Of a stretch of DNA of 64,000 bases, positions 37,803-46,754 are shown piece by piece; the first letter of the stretch is position 1, and the number at the start of each line of letters is the position of its first letter. The translations under genes and the position numbers were made by a program. The notes under the pieces are model-generated. The model was not told the DNA's origin and ran no database searches. It worked only from the letters and a program-made list of their open reading frames with translations. Source of the stretch: an uncultured Planctomycetia bacterium (GTDB lineage Bacteria; Omnitrophota; Gorgyraeia; 1-14-0-20-64-10). The stretch lies in NCBI GenBank assembly GCA_964373295.1, contig CAYJUA010000001.1, forward strand, positions 4,608 through 68,607. The letters are read 5' to 3'.

Positions 37803-39010
37803 GGCGAATTCACTTCGTCCTGGCGGCGAACAACTCCAGCAGCCAGACCCGGGTCACGGTCGAATACGCCAACGAGCTTGCCCGGCGAGGCTGCGAGGTC
37901 ACGGTCTCCGTGCCCCGCTTTGACTTCTTCGACTTCGTGCTCTGGCGGCTGCGCAGGGAGATCGCGCTCGGGCGAAGCCGCCCCCAGCTGTGGCGGCAGT
38001 GGCTCTCGTGGCTCATCCTGCCGGGTCTTCGCTCGCTGGTGTTCAGCCGGCGCTGGATCGGCCAGACGGACCACCGGCTGAACCCCCGGATCCGGGTGCG
38101 CCGGTACGCCTTCCGACCCGGCAGGGGAAACATGCCGGATGCCGACGTGATCCTCGCCTTCCAATGCTATCTCCTCCCCCATCTCATCGGCCTTCCACCC
38201 GGCAAGGGCAGGGTGATCGGGAGCATCCGGCTGGATTACCGGGCGGGAACCGCCGATCCTGTGGAGGAGGTCGCGCAGTGGCGGGAATTCTGCAACTCCT
38301 TCTACCAGCGGTTGAACGTGCCCCTCTTCGCCGTGAGCCGCAGGGTAAAGGAGTCGGCCGTGGAGATGGGGATCGCCGTGGGTGCGGTGATCCAGAACGG
38401 GATCAACATGTCAGAGTTCAGGGACGGCGGCCGCCGCGGCGGCGCGCGTCTTCTCCAGGTCACCCTGTTCACCCATGACCATCCCCAGAAGGGGCAGGAC
38501 TTCGGCTGCGCCGCCCTCCGCCGGATCCGGGAACGCGTCGGAACGCGGCCTGACATCCGCTTCTCCTCGGTGGGCGGAAGCGTCAAGCCCCAGCACCGGG
38601 ACCTCTTCGACCACCATTACGGTTACTTGACCGGCGCCGACTACGTCCGGATGTTCCAGACAACGGACATCTTCATCTTCCCCAGCCAGTATGAGGGGTT
38701 TCCCGCGGTGCCGCTGGAGGCGATGGCATGCGGGTGCGCGCTGGCGACCACGCAGGTCTCGGGCGTCGAGGAGTACGCCGTCCATGGGAAGAACAGCATG
38801 CTCTGCCTCCCCCACGAGGTGGACCGGATGGCGGATCACGTGCTCGCCCTGATCGCCGACGAACGCCTGCGGGATTCGCTCCGGGAAGAGGGGGTCCGAT
38901 CGGCGGCGGAGTATTCCTGGGAAAAGGCGGCGGACCGGCTGTTGGCCTTCCTCGAGGAGCAGGCGACCGCCGGCCGACGCGCCGAGGAGCCGGGGGTGCT
39001 TGTCTCGTGA
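37781..39010 (+). CDS. GT4-family (GT-B) glycosyltransferase
   Basis: C-terminal ...DIFIFPSQYEGFPAVPLEAMACGCALATTQVSGVEEYAVHGKNSML is the GT4 EX7E-type signature. The start is uncertain: GTG 37781 from the track, or TTG 37799. Confidence 0.75.
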   Translation: MGGETALRRIHFVLAANNSSSQTRVTVEYANELARRGCEVTVSVPRFDFFDFVLWRLRREIALGRSRPQLWRQWLSWLILPGLRSLVFSRRWIGQTDHRLNPRIRVRRYAFRPGRGNMPDADVILAFQCYLLPHLIGLPPGKGRVIGSIRLDYRAGTADPVEEVAQWREFCNSFYQRLNVPLFAVSRRVKESAVEMGIAVGAVIQNGINMSEFRDGGRRGGARLLQVTLFTHDHPQKGQDFGCAALRRIRERVGTRPDIRFSSVGGSVKPQHRDLFDHHYGYLTGADYVRMFQTTDIFIFPSQYEGFPAVPLEAMACGCALATTQVSGVEEYAVHGKNSMLCLPHEVDRMADHVLALIADERLRDSLREEGVRSAAEYSWEKAADRLLAFLEEQATAGRRAEEPGVLVS

Positions 39011-39807
39011 ACAACCTGCGCGCGAGGATGCGGGCGCGCGCCCCGGTGTTCGGAGCCTGGACCTCCCTGGGACACCCTTCGATCACCGAGATCTTCGCCC
39101 GGATGGGGGTGGACTTCGTCGGGATCGACATCGAGCACAGCACGATCAGCCAAGAGCAGGCGCAGCGGATCATCGCCGCGGCGCAGGCAGGCGGGACCCG
39201 CTGCCTGCCGCGTGTCGCCTCCCACAACGTGGAGCAGATCCGCAGGGTCCTGGACTCGGGGGCGGACGGCGTGATCGTCCCCAACGTCGGCTCCCTGGCC
39301 GAGGTCAAGCGGCTCGTCGAGTGGGCCAAGTACCCGCCGGAGGGCAAGCGCAGCTACGGGGTGGCCCGGGCGCAGGGCTACGGGTTCGACTTCGGCGAAT
39401 ACGTCACGGAATGGAACCATCGCTCGCCGCTCATCGTCCAGATCGAGTCGGCCGCCGGGGTCGAGCATGTCGAGGAGATCGTGGGCCACCCCGAGGTGGA
39501 TGGGGCGATGGTGGGGCCCTACGACATCTCCGGCTCGCTGGGCATCCCCGGCCAGCTCGAGCACCCGAAGGTGCGCGCCGCGTGCCAGCAGGTGATCGAG
39601 GCCTGCCGGCGGCTGGGCAAGGCCTGCGGCACGCAGCTTGTGGAGCCCAACTCGGGAAGGGTGGCCGATGCCCTGGGGGCCGGCTACACCTTCATCGTCC
39701 TCTCCTCGGATCTCTTCCTCCTCTGGAAATGGTGCGACGCGATGAGGCGCGTGGTGGAGGAGCATCGCCGCTCCGCGGCGGACCGGGTGGGCGGCCGTGA
39801 GCCCTGA
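39007..39807 (+). CDS. HpcH/HpaI-family class-II (pyruvate-dependent) aldolase
   Basis: ...VFGAWTSLGHPSITEIFARMGVDFVGIDIEHSTIS...CLPRVASHNVEQIRRVLDSGADGVIVPNV...KYPPEGKRSYG...IVQIES... is colinear with 2-keto-3-deoxy-sugar-acid aldolases of the HpcH family. Alternative start at ATG 39028. Confidence 0.8.
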   Translation: MNNLRARMRARAPVFGAWTSLGHPSITEIFARMGVDFVGIDIEHSTISQEQAQRIIAAAQAGGTRCLPRVASHNVEQIRRVLDSGADGVIVPNVGSLAEVKRLVEWAKYPPEGKRSYGVARAQGYGFDFGEYVTEWNHRSPLIVQIESAAGVEHVEEIVGHPEVDGAMVGPYDISGSLGIPGQLEHPKVRAACQQVIEACRRLGKACGTQLVEPNSGRVADALGAGYTFIVLSSDLFLLWKWCDAMRRVVEEHRRSAADRVGGREP

Positions 39808-40459
39808 GGCGGGAGTGTCCGCCCTGGAAGAGATCCTGGCGCGCGCGCGCGTCCTCTTCTTTGATTTCGATGGGACGCTGGTGGACTCCAACCGCATCAA
39901 ATGGGCGGCCTTCGAGAGCTGCTTCTCCGGTTTCCCGGAGCATCTGGAGGAGATCATGGCCTACTGCCGGGGCAACAGCCACACCACGCGGCTGGAGAAG
40001 TTCCGGTGGGTGTACGAGCGGATACTGGGCCTCCCCTATACCCGGCGGGTGGAGGAGCGCCTGAGCCGCCAGTTTGAGGGAGCCACCACGGAGCGGATCA
40101 TCCGGGCGCCGGAGATCCCCGGCGCGGAGGCGTTCCTGCGCGCGCAGGGGGTCTCCCGGACGCTGGGGCTGATCTCCTCCACCCCGCACGATATCCTCCT
40201 CCGAATACTCTCCGGCCGGGGCTGGAAGGGGTATTTCCAGGTCATTCGCGGAGCGCCGGTGGACAAGCGGGCCTTCCTTGAGGAATACCAGCGGGAGAGC
40301 GGGTTCCGGCCCGGAGATGGGATTTTCTTCGGCGACACGCCGGAAGACCGCGACGCCGCCGGGGGAGCCGGCTGGCCCTTCGTGGCGGTTCACCCTCTGC
40401 CGGCAACGGATGGAGGAATGGGGATCTCCGATTACCAGGAGGCCTGGGCGCGTGGCTGA
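39797..40459 (+). CDS. HAD-superfamily hydrolase (phosphatase, subfamily IA-like)
   Basis: Motif I VLFFDFDGTLVDS and a C-terminal motif around GIFFGDTPEDRDAA. Confidence 0.7.
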   Translation: MSPEAGVSALEEILARARVLFFDFDGTLVDSNRIKWAAFESCFSGFPEHLEEIMAYCRGNSHTTRLEKFRWVYERILGLPYTRRVEERLSRQFEGATTERIIRAPEIPGAEAFLRAQGVSRTLGLISSTPHDILLRILSGRGWKGYFQVIRGAPVDKRAFLEEYQRESGFRPGDGIFFGDTPEDRDAAGGAGWPFVAVHPLPATDGGMGISDYQEAWARG

Positions 40460-40460
40460 T

Positions 40461-41753
40461 ATGCAGATGGAAACGGTTCTCCTCCAAGGCTGGGAAAAAC
40501 GAGTTCGGCGGATCGAGCGCTGCCGGATCTGCGGGAACCCTTCCTTCGAGCCGGTCATCGACCTGGGCGTTCAGGCGCTGGCCTCCCTCTTCGACGACGG
40601 GCGGGCCCACAACCGGCTGGATGCGCCAATCCCCCTGGACGTGGTTCGCTGCAGCTCGAGGGGCAACCCCAATGCCTGCGGGTTCGTGCAGCTGCGCCAT
40701 ACCGTGCCCCCGGAGCTCATGTTCCGCGACTATGGGTACCGCTCCGGGATCAACACGACGATGCGGACGCACCTCCAAAACCTGGCGCGCGAGATCGAAT
40801 CCAAGATCCACCTCGGGCCAGGGGACATCCTCCTGGACATCGGGGCCAATGACGGCACCCTCCTCTCCGCCTACCGTTCCGCAGGAGTCCACCGCGTGGG
40901 GTTCGAACCCTCGGATGTTCGTCCGACAGGACCCGGGCACAACATCCAATACATCCCCACCTTCTTCCAGGTTGGGGAGTTCAGGAAGGCGCTGCCCGGG
41001 AAGAGGGCGCGCGTGGTCACCAGCATCGCCATGTTCTACGACGTCGACGACCCAATGGAGTTCTGCCGGGACGTGGCCCGAATCCTCGCGGCTGACGGGC
41101 TCTGGGTCATCGAGATGGGCTATTGGGGCGACGTGCTCGACAACGCCGGCTTCGACTCGATCTGTCACGAGCATCTCGGCTACTACACCCTCTCGTCTCT
41201 GCGCTGGCTCTGCGAGTGGACAGGGTTTGAGTTCTTCGACGTCTCGTTCAACTCCTCCAACGGCGGAAGCGTTCGCGCCTACCTGGTTCGCCGAGGATCG
41301 CCGCGGCCCATCCCGCCGGAGAACCGGGCCCGGATCGAATCGGCCCTCTGGAAGGAGCGGAGGTACACTGCCTCCCGCCGGCACGAAGAGTTCCGCGCCA
41401 AGGCCGGGGCGGTCCGCGCCGGCCTGCGGGGGATCCTGGAGGAGGCCCGCCGGGCAGGGAAGAGCGTGTACGGGTATGGGGCCTCCACGAAAGGGAACGT
41501 CCTTCTTCAGTACTGCGGGATCGGGCCGGCGGAAATCCGGGCGATCGCGGACCGCAACCCGGCCAAGCGGGGCCGGTGGACCCCCGGCAGCCGGATCCCC
41601 ATCTGCTCCGAGGAGGAGATGAGGGCCGCGAGGCCGGACCTGCTCCTCATTCTCCCCTGGCACTTCACCAGCGAGTTTTTGGAAAGGGAAGGGGCTCTCC
41701 GGGCCTCTGGGACGCGCTTCATCGTCCCGTTCCCGGAGCCGAGGATCCTCTGA
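40461..41753 (+). CDS. NDP-sugar C-methyltransferase (TylC3/EvaC-like; Zn-ribbon + class-I MTase + C-methyltransferase C-terminal domain)
   Basis: N-terminal CRICGNP...VVRCSSRGNPNACGFVQL Zn-ribbon. SAM motif ILLDIGANDGTLL. Characteristic C-terminal domain ...VYGYGASTKGNVLLQYCGI... Confidence 0.75.
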   Translation: MQMETVLLQGWEKRVRRIERCRICGNPSFEPVIDLGVQALASLFDDGRAHNRLDAPIPLDVVRCSSRGNPNACGFVQLRHTVPPELMFRDYGYRSGINTTMRTHLQNLAREIESKIHLGPGDILLDIGANDGTLLSAYRSAGVHRVGFEPSDVRPTGPGHNIQYIPTFFQVGEFRKALPGKRARVVTSIAMFYDVDDPMEFCRDVARILAADGLWVIEMGYWGDVLDNAGFDSICHEHLGYYTLSSLRWLCEWTGFEFFDVSFNSSNGGSVRAYLVRRGSPRPIPPENRARIESALWKERRYTASRRHEEFRAKAGAVRAGLRGILEEARRAGKSVYGYGASTKGNVLLQYCGIGPAEIRAIADRNPAKRGRWTPGSRIPICSEEEMRAARPDLLLILPWHFTSEFLEREGALRASGTRFIVPFPEPRIL

Positions 41754-42505
41754 TGCCGTCCCGGGCCCTCCTCATCATCCCAACCTACAACGAGGCGGGA
41801 AACATCACGCATCTGATCTCCGAAATCTTGGAGCAGGGGACGGGTCTCGACATCCTCATCATTGACGACAGCTCCCCGGACGGCACGGCCGCCCTGGCGG
41901 AGCGCCTGGCGGAACGCGCCCCCATCACGGTGATCCGGCGGGAGGGGAAGCTGGGCATCGGCTCCGCGCACAAGCGGGGGTTCCAGTACGCGCTCGACCG
42001 GGGCTACGAGTGGGCGCTCACTATGGACGCGGACTTCTCTCACTCTCCCCGCTACCTGCGCGATCTCCTCGAGGCCTCGCGCTGCGCGGACGTCGCCGTC
42101 GGGTCCCGGTACATCCCGGGCGGAGGGCTCTTCGGGTGGGGCGCCTTCCGGCTGCTGCTCACGCACACGGCCCACTGGCTCACCACGCACGTCCTCCGGG
42201 TGCCGTACGACTGCACCGGCGGGTTCCGGCTTTATCACGCCGATGTCCTCCGGGCGATCGATTTCCAGCGAATCCGTTCCGAAGGATACGCCTTCCTCAT
42301 CGAGATGATCTTCCAGGTCTCCCGGAGCGGTTTCCAGGTCCGGGAGGTGCCCATCGTGATCAACTCCCGCCACAAGGGGGTCTCCAAGATATCCCGCTAC
42401 GAGATCTTCAAGGCGGTGAAGACGCTCCTCCGCCTGAGCTTCTCGTACCACCCCCCCGCCGTCCGCCCTGCGGTCCCCCGCGCACGGGTCGAGATGCCGG
42501 TCTGA
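41753..42505 (+). CDS. Family-2 glycosyltransferase (dolichyl/polyprenyl-phosphate sugar synthase-like)
   Basis: ALLIIPTYNEAGNITHLISEIL...ILIIDDSSPDGT...WALTMDADFSH...GSRYIPGGG... is colinear with DPM1/GtrB-type enzymes. Confidence 0.8.
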   Translation: MPSRALLIIPTYNEAGNITHLISEILEQGTGLDILIIDDSSPDGTAALAERLAERAPITVIRREGKLGIGSAHKRGFQYALDRGYEWALTMDADFSHSPRYLRDLLEASRCADVAVGSRYIPGGGLFGWGAFRLLLTHTAHWLTTHVLRVPYDCTGGFRLYHADVLRAIDFQRIRSEGYAFLIEMIFQVSRSGFQVREVPIVINSRHKGVSKISRYEIFKAVKTLLRLSFSYHPPAVRPAVPRARVEMPV

Positions 42506-42518
42506 AGATCCGGCCGAC

Positions 42519-43217
42519 ATGGACTGGAACCTCTACTGGGCGAAGGCGCAGGGCATCCAGCGGAAGAAGGGCCTCTACGAGGTCATCGCCAAGTTCTACC
42601 GTGACCAGATCATCTCCCGCTCGGCGGCCCGGCTCCTTTCCCGCTACTTCCCCGATGAGCAGGGCCGGCGCTACCTCCACGCCGGCTGCGGAAGCGGCGG
42701 CTCGGACTGGCGCATCTCGCTGGGCCGGCCCCGGTTCCACTTCCTCGACATCGCGTCGGTGGCGCTCGCCCTGCACCGCCGGCAGCCCATTCGGTTGAAG
42801 CGCCACTACTCCGGTGGGGACATCTTCCGGCTCCCGTACCGCGACGCCAGCATGGACGGGATCTTCAACTTCGGCGTCATGGAGCATTTCACGGAGGAGG
42901 AGATCGGGCGGATCCTGGCGGAGTTCCGCCGGGTCCTGGACGCCCGCGGGCGGGTCGTCCTTTTCTGGCCTCCGGATTTCGGTCTTTCCGTCATCGCCCT
43001 CGCCTTCTTTCTCGGGGTGGTCAACCGTTTCCGGCGCGAGCCGCTGAAGCTCTACCCGGATGAGATCTCCCGGATCAAGTCGTTCCGGTGGGCCCGGGAG
43101 CTGATGGAGGGGAACGGTTTCCGCGTCCTGCGGCTCGAGTTCGGGCCGGGGGACCTCTTCACCTACGTGGCCGTGGCAGCCGAGAAGGCGCCGGCCAACG
43201 GGAACGGCGCCTCATGA
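42519..43217 (+). CDS. Class-I SAM-dependent methyltransferase
   Basis: Motif I RYLHAGCGSGGSDW and motif ...MDGIFNFGVMEHF... Confidence 0.7.
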   Translation: MDWNLYWAKAQGIQRKKGLYEVIAKFYRDQIISRSAARLLSRYFPDEQGRRYLHAGCGSGGSDWRISLGRPRFHFLDIASVALALHRRQPIRLKRHYSGGDIFRLPYRDASMDGIFNFGVMEHFTEEEIGRILAEFRRVLDARGRVVLFWPPDFGLSVIALAFFLGVVNRFRREPLKLYPDEISRIKSFRWARELMEGNGFRVLRLEFGPGDLFTYVAVAAEKAPANGNGAS

Positions 43218-44518
43218 TCACTTGGCGCAAGGTCTTCTGGGCGGCGGTGGTGGCTTACACGGCGGCGCACCTGGGCTACTCGGTGGTCCGGTACAACATC
43301 TTTTCGGGGCTGGCCAGCGGCGACTTCAACCGCGTCTACCAGGAAGCGACCAACTGGGCCCGCTCAAGCACCTACTCCCCGGACGCCGGGGTCTGGCACC
43401 CGCCCTTCTATTACTGGTTCCTCCTCCACCTGGACAAGGCCGTGGGGGGGCAGCAGCGGCTGGCCCACGCCCTCTATTTCTCGCAGTTCCTCCTGTTCCC
43501 CCTGGCCGTGCACGCGATGGTGAAGGCCGCCCGGCTTGAGAAGCGGCCCGCGGCGATGCTGTACATGGCCGCGGCGGCCCTCACGGTCAACTTCCAGCCG
43601 TTCCTGGAGACGCTCGCCCAGCACAAGGTGGAGGGGATCGAGTTTTTCCTCATCGCCCTGGCCGTTCTCTGGTACCGCCAGGGAAGGGACCTCCTCTGCG
43701 GGGCGGCGGTGATGCTCGCCGCGAACCTCAAGTACCTGCCGGGGATCCTGATCCTTTTCTTTCTGGTGAAGAGGCAGTGGCGGGTGCTCCTCGGGATGCT
43801 CCTCATGGAGGGGGCCATCGTGCTCCTGCTCGCCCACAGCTACGGGCTCGAGGTCCTGCGCTTCGCGCTGATCCAGCACCCTGCGGACCTCCTTTTCTCC
43901 CACAGGCACGAGGGGACCTTCCCGCTGGCCAGCGTGGAGATGCAAACCCTGGCGGGAACGGTCAACCGGCTGCTGGCCCGTCCTGACCCGGCCTACGGCT
44001 TCATGTACTACATCGAGACCGAAAACTACATGCCGGTCTCCCGCCCCGCGTTGGCGCAGGGAATCGCCGGCGCCCTGCGCCTCCTGCTCATCGGCGTCTG
44101 GGTCTTCTTCATCCGGAGGGGCATCCCGGTCCGAGAGAGAGAGCGGGCCTGGCCCCGGCTGCTCCTGGAGCTTTCCTTCACGCTGGTGATGCTCCTGATG
44201 ATCTCCCAGCTGGCGCGGGTCCACTATGGGATCCTCCTGCTCCCGGCCTTCGTGGCCGTGGGCCTGCTCCTGTATCAATGGAGGTGCCGCTTTCGGCCTC
44301 TGGAGCGATGGCTTTTCCTCGCCGCCTATGGCTTAAGCGCCATGCTTATCCCTGGAGGCTTCCTTAATAAGCTGCCTCCCGCGCCCTTGTGGGGGAGCAG
44401 CTACTCCGACCTGTACCTCTGGGCGTCCCTGCCGTTCATCGGGTACGTCCTGCTCGGCGCCTGCATCCTCCTCTGCGCCCGGCGGCTAAGGGCCGCTCCG
44501 CCCGGGAAGTCCTCATGA
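43214..44518 (+). CDS. Polytopic membrane protein, GT87/DUF2029-like putative GT-C glycosyltransferase
   Basis: About 10 predicted TM segments. First loop has GLASGDFNRVYQ and VWHPPFYYWFLL, reminiscent of mannosyltransferase-type GT-C proteins. Confidence 0.45.
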   Translation: MITWRKVFWAAVVAYTAAHLGYSVVRYNIFSGLASGDFNRVYQEATNWARSSTYSPDAGVWHPPFYYWFLLHLDKAVGGQQRLAHALYFSQFLLFPLAVHAMVKAARLEKRPAAMLYMAAAALTVNFQPFLETLAQHKVEGIEFFLIALAVLWYRQGRDLLCGAAVMLAANLKYLPGILILFFLVKRQWRVLLGMLLMEGAIVLLLAHSYGLEVLRFALIQHPADLLFSHRHEGTFPLASVEMQTLAGTVNRLLARPDPAYGFMYYIETENYMPVSRPALAQGIAGALRLLLIGVWVFFIRRGIPVRERERAWPRLLLELSFTLVMLLMISQLARVHYGILLLPAFVAVGLLLYQWRCRFRPLERWLFLAAYGLSAMLIPGGFLNKLPPAPLWGSSYSDLYLWASLPFIGYVLLGACILLCARRLRAAPPGKSS

Positions 44519-45444
44519 GCGGGGCTGTGGGCCAACCTCTCTCGGGGGAAGAGACCGGGCAGAGGATCGCCTTCCCGTGCCCCCTCTGCGGCAGGACGGA
44601 TCTGAAGGTGCTCTACCCGGACACGCTCGGCCAAGAGATGCCGCGCTTCGGGTACGATTTCACGCCGGAGCACACACGGACCTACCGGGTCGTCCTCTGC
44701 CGCCCCTGCCGGCACGCCTTCTGCTCCCCGAGACCCGCGCGCCTGTGGGCGGAATACGCGGAGGTGGAGGACCCTGCCTACCTGGAGCGGCAGGAGGACC
44801 GGATCGCCACCGCTGGCCAGGTGCTCTCGCGCCTCCAACGCTTCGCCCCGTCGGGACGCCTCCTGGACATCGGCTGCGCCACCGGCGATTTCCTCGCCGT
44901 CGCCCGCGAGAACTACCAGGTCGAGGGCTTGGAGCTCTCCGCTTGGGCTGCCGCGATCGCCCGGCGCCGCGGCCTCACCCTCCATGAAACCGACCTGGCC
45001 GGCTTTCACCCCAACGCTCCCTTCGACCTGCTGACCCTGTGGGGAGTGATCGAGCATTTCGAGGACCCGGCGCGGGAGGTGCGCACGATGTCCCGCCTGG
45101 TCCGCCCCGGGGGCCTCGTCTGCCTCTGGACCGGAGACCGGGAGGCCTGGCTGGCCCGGCTGCTGGAGCGGCGGTGGTGGTATATTCAGGGTCAGCACCT
45201 CCAGGTCTTCAGCCGGGCCTCGCTGGAGAAGGTCTTCCGGGACGCCGGCTTCGAGACGCTTTGGGTTGGCCGGTACCCCTGCGTCATGACGATGCGCTCC
45301 ATCGCGAAGTCCCTACGGAGGTACCCGCTGCTGGGATCGGCCACCGCACGGCTGCTGGGCTCGGGGCCGCTGGCATCCCGGTCGGTCACGCTGACCCTGC
45401 CGGGCGAGATGTTCGCAGTCTTCAGGAGGAAAACGTCATCGTGA
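44515..45444 (+). CDS. Class-I SAM-dependent methyltransferase with N-terminal Zn-ribbon
   Basis: CPLCG...CRPCRHAFC Zn-ribbon. SAM motif RLLDIGCATGDFL... Confidence 0.7.
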   Translation: MSGAVGQPLSGEETGQRIAFPCPLCGRTDLKVLYPDTLGQEMPRFGYDFTPEHTRTYRVVLCRPCRHAFCSPRPARLWAEYAEVEDPAYLERQEDRIATAGQVLSRLQRFAPSGRLLDIGCATGDFLAVARENYQVEGLELSAWAAAIARRRGLTLHETDLAGFHPNAPFDLLTLWGVIEHFEDPAREVRTMSRLVRPGGLVCLWTGDREAWLARLLERRWWYIQGQHLQVFSRASLEKVFRDAGFETLWVGRYPCVMTMRSIAKSLRRYPLLGSATARLLGSGPLASRSVTLTLPGEMFAVFRRKTSS

Positions 45445-45581
45445 ATCTGCCGTTGGCCTACATGAACCCCGGCGCGGGGAGCCTCCTGCTCCAGCTGATC
45501 CTGATGGGGACGGCCGGCCTCTTCCTGGCGGGTAAGTCCCTCTGGCACTCCTTCCGATCGCTCTGTTCGCGCAAGAAGTAG
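45441..45581 (+). CDS. Small hydrophobic ORF (46 aa, one predicted TM helix); may instead be the displaced 5' end of the next gene
   Basis: GTGA overlap with the upstream stop. Peptide VNLPLAYMNPGAGSLLLQLILMGTAGLFLAGKSLWHSFRSLCSRKK. See the finding on a possible frameshift. Confidence 0.25.
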   Translation: MNLPLAYMNPGAGSLLLQLILMGTAGLFLAGKSLWHSFRSLCSRKK

Positions 45582-45733
45582 ATTCTCTGGCAGGGGAGCT
45601 GGACGAGCTGCGCCGCTTCCACCGGAATGGGAGCTGGCTGCGGCAGGCGCTGGTCTTCTACTCGGAGACGGCCGGTTACTACCCCTGCTTCCGGCCGGTC
45701 CTCCGCGCCCTCCAGCAGCGCTCGCGGGAGGAG

Positions 45734-46711
45734 ATGGGCTACATCACCTCCGACCCCGCCGACCCGCTGCGGTCCTCCGCGCCGGAAGGCCTGCGGGTGT
45801 TCTGGTTCCGGCGCCTCCTCCCCTTCGTGATCCAGTTCCTCCGCGCGCCAGCCCTGGTTATGACGACGACCGACCTCCACCGCTTCCACCTCCGCCGCTC
45901 CGTCTTCCCCGTGAACCACGTCTACCTGTTCCACGCGCTGGTGAGCACCCACATGATCTATCGCTTCGGCGCCTTCGACCATTACGACACGATCCTCTGC
46001 GGCGGCCCCCACCACGTGCGGGAGATCCGCCGGGCCGAGGAGCTTTACCGGCTCCGGCCCAAGCGCCTGCTCGAGGCAGGCTACCCCCACCTGGACGAAC
46101 TGGCGGATGCCCACCGGCGCCGGCTCGGGCGCCCGCGGGAGGGAAAGGGGACCGTTCTCATCGCGCCCTCCTGGGGGGCGGCGAACATCCTGGAGTCCTG
46201 CGAACCCCGCCTGACCCAGGCCCTTTCCGGGGCGGGGTACCGGGTGATCGTCCGACCGCATCCGGAGTTCTGCAGGAGAAACCCTGATCGGATCGCCCAA
46301 CTTTCAAAAATTCTCGCTTCGAAGGGGGGGGTCATGGACATGGACTACGGCTCCGAGGAATCGCTCCACGCCGCCGACCTGCTGATCACCGATTGGTCCG
46401 GGATCGCGATGGAATACGCCTTCGCCACCGAGAGGCCGGTGCTGTTCCTGGACGTCCTGCGGAAAGTCAATAACCCCAGGTACGAGGAGCTGGGGATCCC
46501 TTCCCTGGAGGCCGAGATCCGGGAAAGGATCGGGCAGGTGGTTTCTCCTGTGGAGGTCGAGCGGATCCCCGGCCGTGCCGAACAGATGCTGCGGGAGGGC
46601 CCGGACTACCGGCCGCGCATCGTTGAGGAGCGCGCCCGACGCCTCTTCAACGCAGGATCCTCCGCCGCGGCCTGCGCCGACTTCCTCCTTGAACTCCGCC
46701 GGCCCGTCTGA
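45734..46711 (+). CDS. TagB/TagF-family (CDP-alcohol phosphotransferase-type, GT-B) protein. The annotated start is probably too far downstream
   Basis: ...KGTVLIAPSWGAANI... and ...ADLLITDWSGIAMEYAFATERPVLFLD... match the TagF catalytic domain. The frame stays open upstream to 45536 and there encodes ALVFYSETAGYYPCFRPVL, a conserved TagF N-terminal motif, but without an ATG, GTG or TTG. Confidence 0.65.
   Translation: MGYITSDPADPLRSSAPEGLRVFWFRRLLPFVIQFLRAPALVMTTTDLHRFHLRRSVFPVNHVYLFHALVSTHMIYRFGAFDHYDTILCGGPHHVREIRRAEELYRLRPKRLLEAGYPHLDELADAHRRRLGRPREGKGTVLIAPSWGAANILESCEPRLTQALSGAGYRVIVRPHPEFCRRNPDRIAQLSKILASKGGVMDMDYGSEESLHAADLLITDWSGIAMEYAFATERPVLFLDVLRKVNNPRYEELGIPSLEAEIRERIGQVVSPVEVERIPGRAEQMLREGPDYRPRIVEERARRLFNAGSSAAACADFLLELRRPV
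46324..46331 (+). repeat. Poly-G tract (G8) inside the TagF-like CDS
   Basis: ...cgaagGGGGGGGGtcatgg... encodes SKGGV. Coordinates are +/-1. Confidence 0.45.
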
Positions 46712-46754
46712 TAGCATGGCTGTCAACTGATAGCTGACAGGTGAACCCCTGCCC
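46709..46754 (+). promoter_or_regulatory. Candidate operator: direct repeat TGATAGC (x2) interleaved with the inverted repeat CTGTCA-n9-TGACAG, immediately upstream of the XRE-HTH nucleotidyltransferase gene
   Basis: tgatagcatggCTGTCAactgatagcTGACAGgtgaa read directly from the sequence. AGGTGA Shine-Dalgarno about 12 nt before GTG 46755. Confidence 0.3.
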
